Shown: piece by piece, positions 26,626 through 33,838 of the stretch
How positions within the stretch are numbered: position 1 is the first letter of the stretch
How the letters are laid out: each line of letters opens with the position of its first letter
Assembly (NCBI GenBank): GCA_045128735.1
Contig: JBGVRT010000133.1
Location: 22,425 to 86,424, forward strand
Direction: 5' to 3'
From: Eubacteriales bacterium
GTDB lineage: Bacteria; Bacillota; Clostridia; Oscillospirales; CAG-272
DNA length: 64,000 nt
Position numbers and translations under genes: made by a program
Notes under the pieces: generated by a model
What the model was told of the DNA's origin: nothing
What the model saw: the letters and a program-made list of their open reading frames with translations, nothing else
The model's database searches: none

Positions 26626-28653
26626 TCATTCGGTATAAAATGTAATTTTGCCGTTAAATGACGGAAAGTATCCGCTTTTTGGTTTTTGAGCGGTAACGTA
26701 TTCACCGCCACCGATCACCTCCACCGTCAGCCCTCTGCTTTCAGCATATGCAAGGGCGTTGGCAACAGGAAGTCCGACGTAGTCGGTAATTTGCCCGTTA
26801 AGAAGATTTTTTTCCGTTTCGGTATATTTCGGCTCCACCCCAAGGTATGGGAGCACGGTCTCGAGGGTTCTTGCTATGTAAGGCGCCGCCACGGTGCTTC
26901 CGTAAAGAATACCCTTTGTAGGCTCGTCAACCATTATTACCATAGCGATTTTAGGGTCGTCGGCAGGTGCAAATGCCACGCAGGAACATATATACATCTC
27001 CTCGCCCGTGGTCGTCGCACCCTTCTTCTCCGAGGTGCCCGTTTTAGCCGCCACTCTGTAGCCTGCTACGTATGCGTTTTTCGCCCCTCCGACACCCGCA
27101 ACGCCTTCCGCCAATATATCGGCTATACGCTTTGCGCTTGCCTCTGACATAACGCGCCGTTTTATTTCGGTTTTATGTTCAAAAAGTGTATTTCCGTCTG
27201 AGTCCTCAATGCTTTTCACAAGATGTGGGGTAACAAGCTCGCCTCCGTTTGCCACCGCGGCAATTGCCGATATGTGTTGGATTGCCGTAACCGTAAAATT
27301 CTGTCCGAATGCGTAAATAGCAAGGTCAAGCTCGGACATTCGAGAGCTTATTACGCCCATTCCCTCGCCCGGAAGATCTATTCCTGTTTTCTCTCTGTAG
27401 CCAAAGGTTTTGAAATACTCCATAAAGCGCTCACATCCAAGCTGTGCGCCTATAGACATAAACCACACGTTACAAGAGTGCTGAACGCCCTCGGCAAAAG
27501 TAAGACTTCCGTGTCCGCGACGTTGATGGCAATGTATGCCTTTTCCGAGGACGGTTTTGACACCGCCGCAAAAAACGTTGCCGTTAAGTATGGGAAGCGA
27601 CTCCTCAAGTGCCATTGACGAGGTTATTATCTTAAAGGTTGAGCCGGGAATATAGCTTTCTGTAAGCGCTTTATTCGACCAGCTTTCAAGCAAATACTGC
27701 CGTGAAAGCGCAGAATACTCCTCGCTTTCCTTTGACAGACCGCTTGACAGCAGTTTACCATCGTAGTAATCAACAAGCTCATATGGTGAATTCAAGTCAA
27801 ACTCGGGATATACCGCAAGCGCGAGAATCGCTCCGCTTTCGACGTCCATAACTATTCCGCAGGCGCGGTTAAGAGCTCCGGAATCCATAACGGCACATTC
27901 AAGCTGTTCTGCAAGCGCCGCCTGAACGTAAGCGTCAAGCGTTGTGGTCAGCGAGCAGCCGTCCTCGGATCTCACGTAGGTATTATATTGGTCGGGAAGC
28001 TCGTTTCCGCGAGAGTCTCTGGCGGTCAGATAGTAGCCGTCACTTCCGCTGATTTCTTTATTGTACTGATATTCAAGCCCGTACAGTCCGTCACCGTCCG
28101 CCCCCGTAAAGCCGAGGACGTGAGATGCAAGACTGCCGTAGGGATAGTATCTCTTACTTGACGCCTCGAGAAAAACAAGATGCTCAAGTCTTTCTTCAAT
28201 TATTAGTTTTCTTATCTGATTTGCGGTTTCCTCATCGGCGTTTCTCACCACAGTTTCGTCAAGCCTTCTTGTTTTCTCGGTCTTTTTGAGAATAGTCTCG
28301 CTACTCACACCGAGAATTTCCGAAAGTCTCTCGGCGATAAGGCGTGATATGGAATTAGTCTGCTTTTTATCAAGCGCCTTTTGCGCTGACGATATTGCAG
28401 AAGGAGAAATAAAAACTCTGTATGTGGTTTTATTTGATGCAAGCAGTCTGCCGCTTGCATCGTATATTTCGCCGCGTTCAGCCACAGATGGAGAGGTAGT
28501 GGTAAGCTGTTCGATAACCTTTTCTCTGTATTTTTCATAACCGTAGGTCTGATATGCAAATATCCTCCCCACAAGCACAGCAAAAACCAAGGTTATTCCA
28601 ACAACCGCGGCGAGCGCGCGCCGCACAAATCCCGTATCGACGTTTCCTATCAT
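26626..28653 (-). CDS. Class B penicillin-binding protein (FtsI/SpoVD-like) with a C-terminal PASTA domain
   Basis: 675 aa. It has an N-terminal TM anchor, SxxK (GSTFK), SxN (HSCN) and KTG (AKTGTS) motifs. A PASTA-like C-terminus is present (YVGLPVANALAYAESRGLTVEVIGGGEYVTAQKPKSG). Confidence 0.9.
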   Translation of the reverse strand: MIGNVDTGFVRRALAAVVGITLVFAVLVGRIFAYQTYGYEKYREKVIEQLTTTSPSVAERGEIYDASGRLLASNKTTYRVFISPSAISSAQKALDKKQTNSISRLIAERLSEILGVSSETILKKTEKTRRLDETVVRNADEETANQIRKLIIEERLEHLVFLEASSKRYYPYGSLASHVLGFTGADGDGLYGLEYQYNKEISGSDGYYLTARDSRGNELPDQYNTYVRSEDGCSLTTTLDAYVQAALAEQLECAVMDSGALNRACGIVMDVESGAILALAVYPEFDLNSPYELVDYYDGKLLSSGLSKESEEYSALSRQYLLESWSNKALTESYIPGSTFKIITSSMALEESLPILNGNVFCGGVKTVLGKGIHCHQRRGHGSLTFAEGVQHSCNVWFMSIGAQLGCERFMEYFKTFGYREKTGIDLPGEGMGVISSRMSELDLAIYAFGQNFTVTAIQHISAIAAVANGGELVTPHLVKSIEDSDGNTLFEHKTEIKRRVMSEASAKRIADILAEGVAGVGGAKNAYVAGYRVAAKTGTSEKKGATTTGEEMYICSCVAFAPADDPKIAMVIMVDEPTKGILYGSTVAAPYIARTLETVLPYLGVEPKYTETEKNLLNGQITDYVGLPVANALAYAESRGLTVEVIGGGEYVTAQKPKSGYFPSFNGKITFYTE

Positions 28654-28700
28654 TACAAGTCCCCCTTTTTATATTGGGACAAACAAATGAGATAAAAAAT

Positions 28701-28803
28701 GAACGGCAAGCGAACGGACTTATGAGCATATGGGCCGCTGCTCAAAAATCCGCTGCCCTCGCTACCGTCGGGGTAACTCACGGGCTTCGCTTCATTGCCG
28801 TTC
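28701..28803. repeat. Imperfect inverted-repeat element (~100 nt) in the intergenic region upstream of the PBP gene
   Basis: GAACGGCAAGCGAA (28701-28714) pairs with TTCGCttcaTTGCCGTTC (28786-28803). The interior carries a direct CCGCTGC repeat. On the minus strand it carries GCGAAGCCCGTGAG, which resembles the GCGAAGCCCGTAG core of the repeat at 48.76 kb. Confidence 0.5.
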
Positions 28804-28862
28804 TTAATGTTTAATTATCAAATTTGGCTTTGTCGATACTATTCTATTCTGTTTTTGGTTTT

Positions 28863-29588
28863 TTATTCCAACGTGCTCAACAAATTTGCATGTGCCTCTT
28901 CATCCACCTGCTCAACAGGCTGAGACGAGCGCATATTCGTCATATGCGCGCCTTCGGCTGTTCCCTCTTCGGGTCCGAACGCCATTACACCGCCAAGAGC
29001 TACGGTACAGCAAAGTGCTACCGCCGCAACGCTTGCCAGGGCACGTCCTTTTACGTTAGCCAATTTTTCAAAGAAAGAATCAAGCTTTCCGCTTTCTATC
29101 CTTGCCTGCTGAACGGGGCTCTTCACAAGAGTCTCTGCACCTGCCGCCTTCTGAGGTGCGGTGCGGTTAGGACGGTTCTTCTTCGCCGCCTTTGCGTTAA
29201 GCTTTGCAATCTGCTCTATCTTCTTGCGGTTAACTGCAATGCGAGGAGTGTCCTCACTCTTCTTTTCCGCGGGAGCTACAGTTTCAACGCTCATTGCACC
29301 AAAGGTATCGTGGCATCTTTCAAAATAAGAAATATAGTCCTCGGTGGTCATATAGCTGACTCCGCCCGACTTTCCGCTCTTGTACATCGAAATGCCGCCA
29401 AAGGTCTTGCTTTCGCCGTAAGCCTCAAGAGCCACCTCGTAAGCCTTTGCGCCGTTGCGCTCCTGTTCTATTGCCTCGGCATTCGAATACGCGGTTGCTT
29501 TTTCGGCATATCTGCGTCTGAGCTTCTTTTCAAGCATCAAAAAATTTTCATCAACAACTATATTCGGTCTGTTTTCTTGCATAGTCAT
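28863..29588 (-). CDS. Bitopic membrane protein occupying the FtsL position of the dcw cluster (atypical; hypothetical)
   Basis: 241 aa from ATG 29588 (AAGGAGG upstream; the track ORF start at 29675 overlaps rsmH). It has a long Lys/Ala-rich cytoplasmic region, a single TM segment near the C-terminus (ALASVAAVALCCTVALGGVMAF) and a short acidic exterior tail. Confidence 0.6.
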   Translation of the reverse strand: MTMQENRPNIVVDENFLMLEKKLRRRYAEKATAYSNAEAIEQERNGAKAYEVALEAYGESKTFGGISMYKSGKSGGVSYMTTEDYISYFERCHDTFGAMSVETVAPAEKKSEDTPRIAVNRKKIEQIAKLNAKAAKKNRPNRTAPQKAAGAETLVKSPVQQARIESGKLDSFFEKLANVKGRALASVAAVALCCTVALGGVMAFGPEEGTAEGAHMTNMRSSQPVEQVDEEAHANLLSTLE

Positions 29589-29616
29589 TATCCGAACGCC
29601 TCCTTTTTTCTTACTT

Positions 29617-30567
29617 TCAGTTGATTTTTTCTGCCACTCTGAGCTTTGCGCTATGGGAACGTGAATTTTCTTCAAGCTCCTCTGCGCTCGGCAGAATGGG
29701 TTTGCTGTTCACAAGCCTTAATCGGGGCTTGTTGCCGCACACGCATATAGGGAAATCCTTTGGGCACGTGCACCCCTTGGTGTATTTTACAAACTCTTGT
29801 TTAACTATTCTGTCCTCAAGAGAGTGGAATGTGATTATGGCGATCCTCCCGCCTTCGCCCAGCAGATCAACTGCGGAACGAATGGCGGGAGCTATAACAG
29901 AAAGCTCCTTGTTCACTTCAATGCGGATTGCCTGGAATGTACGCTTCGCAGGGTGCGACCCACCTTCTCGCATCGCTGCGGGCATCGCATTTTTAACGAC
30001 GTGAACAAGTTCGCCCGTCGTATTTATGGGTTTCTGTGTCCTGGCAAATACTATTTTAGAGGCGATCTTGCCGGCAAATCTGTCCTCTCCGTACTCATAT
30101 ATGATTCTTTTTAATTCGGACTCGGAATACTCGTTCACCACGTTCCACGCGCTGACAGCGAGACGCTTGTCCATTCTCATATCAAGCGGTGCGTCCGCCA
30201 TATATGAGAACCCACGGCTTGCCTCATCAAGCTGAAACGAGCTGACACCGAGGTCAAGAAGAAGTCCGTCTATTTTTTCTATACCAAGCTCACGGCAAAC
30301 GTCCGCGAGGTTCGAGAAATTGTTTCTTACTACCGTTACCTTATCTCCGAACACCGAAAGTCTTTCGGTGGCGGTCTTTATAGCGTCCTCGTCCTGGTCA
30401 ATGGAAATAAGCCTTCCTTTTTCTCCAAGCCGCTTCGCTATCTCCGACGAATGACCCGCACCTCCGCAGGTGCCGTCTACGTAAACGCCGTCGGGCTTTA
30501 TATCAAGTGCATCTATGCACTCCCAAAGGAGCACCGATTTATGTTGGAAATTTATCTGCTCGCTCAT
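29617..30567 (-). CDS. rsmH: 16S rRNA (cytosine(1402)-N(4))-methyltransferase
   Basis: HKSVLLWECIDALDIKPDGVYVDGTCGGAGHSSEI is the RsmH signature. The start at ATG 30567 is 1 nt after the mraZ stop. Confidence 0.95.
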   Translation of the reverse strand: MSEQINFQHKSVLLWECIDALDIKPDGVYVDGTCGGAGHSSEIAKRLGEKGRLISIDQDEDAIKTATERLSVFGDKVTVVRNNFSNLADVCRELGIEKIDGLLLDLGVSSFQLDEASRGFSYMADAPLDMRMDKRLAVSAWNVVNEYSESELKRIIYEYGEDRFAGKIASKIVFARTQKPINTTGELVHVVKNAMPAAMREGGSHPAKRTFQAIRIEVNKELSVIAPAIRSAVDLLGEGGRIAIITFHSLEDRIVKQEFVKYTKGCTCPKDFPICVCGNKPRLRLVNSKPILPSAEELEENSRSHSAKLRVAEKIN

Positions 30568-30568
30568 A

Positions 30569-30991
30569 TCAGTTATCGCTTGCGGCAAGAATTGCACGCC
30601 AATCGAGCGCCTTTTCTTCTTCAATAGCCGCTTGATCGTTTTCGTCAGCCCAAACCTCGGCTGTGTTTACGCAACCTACGATAACCGCGTTCTTTGTAAT
30701 TCCCGCATACTCCATAAGATTTGCGGAGAGAACTATTCTTCCCTGAGAGTCGGGAGTTACCTGTATTGCCGTACGGCTCATAGCACGCATTGCAACCTCG
30801 CGCTGAAGCGCGGGAAGCTTTTTGATGGGTTCAATGTAATTATCCCATTCGCTCATTGCTATAAGTTTAAGTGCCGCACCGCTCATACTCTGTGCTACTA
30901 CGAAAGTTTCGCCAAGCTCTTCGCGGAATTTGGCGGGCACGAACATTCTGTTTTTACTGTCAACTGTATGCTTAAACTCGCCTAAAAGCAT
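30569..30991 (-). CDS. mraZ: Transcriptional regulator MraZ
   Basis: MLLGEFKHTVDSKNRMFVPAKFREELG, plus the second SpoVT/AbrB-like half (DSQGRIVLSANLMEYAGI). The start at ATG 30991 is 9 nt after AAGGAG. Confidence 0.95.
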   Translation of the reverse strand: MLLGEFKHTVDSKNRMFVPAKFREELGETFVVAQSMSGAALKLIAMSEWDNYIEPIKKLPALQREVAMRAMSRTAIQVTPDSQGRIVLSANLMEYAGITKNAVIVGCVNTAEVWADENDQAAIEEEKALDWRAILAASDN

Positions 30992-31102
30992 GAAGCCTGA
31001 CTCCTTTCGTAAAATTCCTCCACGGCGGTGACACACAAGCTCAAATCAAGCTTTTTTACCGTCTCAAATGGAGCTTTTTCGTGATTTGGCACTTGGTTTT
31101 GC

Positions 31103-31117
31103 ACCACATCACACCAC
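31103..31117 (-). promoter_or_regulatory. Putative MraZ operator: two direct GTGGT boxes with 10-bp spacing
   Basis: The minus strand reads AAAGTGGTgtgatGTGGTg, ~45-60 nt downstream of the predicted -10. MraZ is known to bind direct GTGG-type repeats near its own promoter. Confidence 0.4.
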
Positions 31118-31160
31118 TTTGATTGTTTTTTGCTCCATTTTCCCCCGCTTTGGTGTTCTT

Positions 31161-31189
31161 ATTATACACCATATTTCAGATTTTGTAAA
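31161..31189 (-). promoter_or_regulatory. Predicted dcw (Pmra) promoter
   Basis: Minus strand: TTTACA (31189..31184), 17 nt, TATAAT (31166..31161). Confidence 0.5.
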
Positions 31190-31302
31190 TACCCCCGAGA
31201 AAATTTTTTTAGATTTTTTCAAGTTTTTTTCGGATTTTTCGTATACTTCGGCGATGTATTTACATATATTTCTTTTATATCCTTTTTTTTACATTTCTAC
31301 AA

Positions 31303-31343
31303 TCAAAAGGAAAAGGCTATCTTCTTTTACGACAGCCTTTTCC
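31303..31343 (-). terminator. Intrinsic terminator after the TIGR01212 radical SAM gene
   Basis: Minus strand: GGAAAAGGCTGTC-gtaaaagaa-GATAGCCTTTTCC followed by TTTT. Confidence 0.65.
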
Positions 31344-31363
31344 GTATAATTTTGTTTTTTTAA

Positions 31364-32335
31364 CTATGTTTTTGGCGAATAACAGCGTCCCTGCCAAGTG
31401 TTTCGTTCAAACATCAGCTTATCTACGTCGTTGATGACCGACACCTTTTTTCTGCTCCATTCGGGAGCCAGAAGATCCTCCGACATTCCGTCGCCCGTCA
31501 GCCTTGCCACAACAGTTTTCGGTGGCAAAAGTTCAAGTGCTCTGACCACAAGGTCGATATAGCGTTCCCTTTCAAGCGGTTTATAGCCGCCGTCAAGATA
31601 TATCTTACCGAGTCGGCTTGATGCGAGGACGTGCAAAAGATGTATTTTCACCTGCTCGGGTTTAAGCTCTGCCACCTTGCGAACCGTTTCAAGTATCATT
31701 TCGTCGGTCTCATCGGGAAGTCCGAAAATGATATGAACACAGATATTTATTTTCTCGCTTGCACTACGAAGCTTCCGATATCCATCCACAAAATCGGCAT
31801 AGCTATGTCCACGGTTTATAAGCTGCGCGGTTGAGTCGTGGGCACTTTGAAGCCCAAGCTCAACTGTAAGGGTAGTGCGCTCCGCAAGCTCGGCAAGATA
31901 TGTAACGGTGCCGTCCTCAAGACAGTCGGCACGGGTGGCGATATTCATTCCCACAACTCCATCCTGCGCAAGAGCCTCCTCAAACATCGGGCGCAACACC
32001 TCAAGGGGTGCGTAGGTATTGGTATGGGCTTGGAAATAAGGTATACATCTCTCTACCGACCATTTTGACGACAGCTTTTCGCGTGTTATCCTGAACTGCT
32101 CGCTTACAGATAGTGCCGCGCTTTCGGCAAAATCTCCGCTTCCTCTTGACGAGCAATATATGCAACCGCCCACACCGCATTTTCCGTCGATATTGGGGCA
32201 GGTAAAGCCGCCGTCAATAGGTATCTTGGCGCATTTGCCGCAAAAGGTCTGCTTCAGATAATAATCATAGGTATAGTACCTTTTATTAGAGTCGCTGTAC
32301 TCGAAAGGGTTTATGCTTTTTTGAGTTACTTTCAT
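31364..32335 (-). CDS. TIGR01212-family radical SAM protein (YhcC-like)
   Basis: FTCPNIDGKCGVGGCIYCS is the family-specific radical SAM cluster motif. The start is at ATG 32335 after GGAG. Confidence 0.8.
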   Translation of the reverse strand: MKVTQKSINPFEYSDSNKRYYTYDYYLKQTFCGKCAKIPIDGGFTCPNIDGKCGVGGCIYCSSRGSGDFAESAALSVSEQFRITREKLSSKWSVERCIPYFQAHTNTYAPLEVLRPMFEEALAQDGVVGMNIATRADCLEDGTVTYLAELAERTTLTVELGLQSAHDSTAQLINRGHSYADFVDGYRKLRSASEKINICVHIIFGLPDETDEMILETVRKVAELKPEQVKIHLLHVLASSRLGKIYLDGGYKPLERERYIDLVVRALELLPPKTVVARLTGDGMSEDLLAPEWSRKKVSVINDVDKLMFERNTWQGRCYSPKT

Positions 32336-32379
32336 TTCATCTCCAAAAAAGTCCAAAGAAAACTTTGGACTTTTTATAA

Positions 32380-33672
32380 TTATACGTTTTTCTCGCTGAT
32401 GAGCTTTTCTACAGCCGAAAGCTTTACGCAAAGGGTAAAGACGTTCATTGCCACTATAAGGTCCTCGTCTGAGGGATAAGTGGGTGCAATTCTAATATTT
32501 CTGTCGCGAAGGTCGTTACCGTAGGGGTAAGTCGCGCCCGCGGTGGTCAAGGTTATTCCCACGTCGCTTGCGAGCGTAAAGGCTCTCTTGGCGCATCCGT
32601 CCATTGTATAAAGGCTGATAAAATATCCGCCGAGAGGCTTTGTCCAGGTAGCCGCGCCCGTATCTCCAAGCTCGCGTTCAAGTATCTCAAGCACGGTATC
32701 GAACTTAGGTCTGATAAGGTCGGCAAGCTTCATCATATGCTTTTTGATATTTTCAGCGTTTCCAAAATATTTTACGTGGCGTATCTGATTTATCTTATCG
32801 TATCCGATAGTCTGAACGCCCATTATTTTTTTGTTGAAATCCATATTGCGCTCGGATGCGGCAAACATAGCCACGCCCGCGCCCGGATAGGATATCTTCG
32901 AGGTGGATGCAAAATAATAAACTCTGTCCTCTGTGCCGTACTTTTCGCAAAGAGCAAAAATGTCGGCGAGCTTATCGCTCTTGTCGGGGTAAAGGTCGTG
33001 AATAACGTAAGCGTTATCCCAGAAAATTCTGAAGTCCTTTGCCGCGGTTTTCATTTTAGCAAGTCTCTTTACTGTAGTGTCGGAATATGTGATTCCGTCG
33101 GGATTGGAATATTTGGGACAGCACCAGATTCCCTTTATCGCAGGGTCTTTGGCGCAAAGTGCCTCTACCGCGTCCATATCGGGACCCGTAGGCGTCATAT
33201 CAACGGTTATCATCTCGATGCCGAGAGACTGACAGATTGCAAAGTGGCGGTCGTAACCGGGTGCGGGGCAAAGGAATTTTATCTTACGCTCCTTTATCCA
33301 CGGACGGTCGCTTGAGCAAACTCCGTAAAGAAGAGCGCGCGCCACCGCGTCATACATAAGGTTAAGCGACGAGTTACCCGCAACGAATATCATCTTTTCG
33401 GGAATCTCGAGAAGCTCCGAAAAGAGCTTTTTCGCCTCGGGAATACCGTCAAGAAGTCCGTAATTTCGGTAGTCAGCACCGCTTTCGGAGTAGCAGTCCT
33501 CATTTGTGATGCAATCCAGCATATCAGCCATTATGTCAAGCTGTTTACTACCGGGCTTGCCGCGCGAAAGGTCGAGAGACAGTCCCATCTCCTTATACTT
33601 CTTATATTCACTTACAAGATTTTCCTTAAGTTCGAACAGTTGTGCCCTGCTCAGCTTCGTATATTCCATCAA
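32380..33672 (-). CDS. PLP-dependent aminotransferase (class I/II fold)
   Basis: 430 aa. The [12 protein letters not shown] motif near the N-terminus and the [13 protein letters not shown] lysine motif are typical of an aspartate/alanine aminotransferase-like family. Confidence 0.7.
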   Translation of the reverse strand: MMEYTKLSRAQLFELKENLVSEYKKYKEMGLSLDLSRGKPGSKQLDIMADMLDCITNEDCYSESGADYRNYGLLDGIPEAKKLFSELLEIPEKMIFVAGNSSLNLMYDAVARALLYGVCSSDRPWIKERKIKFLCPAPGYDRHFAICQSLGIEMITVDMTPTGPDMDAVEALCAKDPAIKGIWCCPKYSNPDGITYSDTTVKRLAKMKTAAKDFRIFWDNAYVIHDLYPDKSDKLADIFALCEKYGTEDRVYYFASTSKISYPGAGVAMFAASERNMDFNKKIMGVQTIGYDKINQIRHVKYFGNAENIKKHMMKLADLIRPKFDTVLEILERELGDTGAATWTKPLGGYFISLYTMDGCAKRAFTLASDVGITLTTAGATYPYGNDLRDRNIRIAPTYPSDEDLIVAMNVFTLCVKLSAVEKLISEKNV

Positions 33673-33703
33673 AATCTCCTCGGGTTTAGCGTTATCCCGT
33701 TTA

Positions 33704-33732
33704 TTATATCACAGCACTTTCAAAAAAGCAAG
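33704..33732 (-). promoter_or_regulatory. Predicted promoter of the aminotransferase / radical SAM operon
   Basis: Minus strand: TTGCTT (33732..33727), 17 nt, TATAAT (33709..33704). Confidence 0.45.
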
Positions 33733-33838
33733 ATGTTTTTTGAATTTTTGCAAAAATATTTGAAAAACCCCGTTTCTTCCTGCATTTGCAAGTTGTTTTT
33801 GCAAGATTTAATATTTTTCTTGCAAGAATCCTGCATTT

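Noticed and set aside
28824-29624. 266-aa plus-strand ORF overlapping the FtsL-slot gene. It needed checking because that gene has no recognisable family either.
   Set aside because: The plus-strand translation is Cys/Arg/Leu-rich with no SD. It runs against the orientation of the whole dcw operon. The minus-strand frame has a strong SD, a clean TM segment and operon-consistent spacing.
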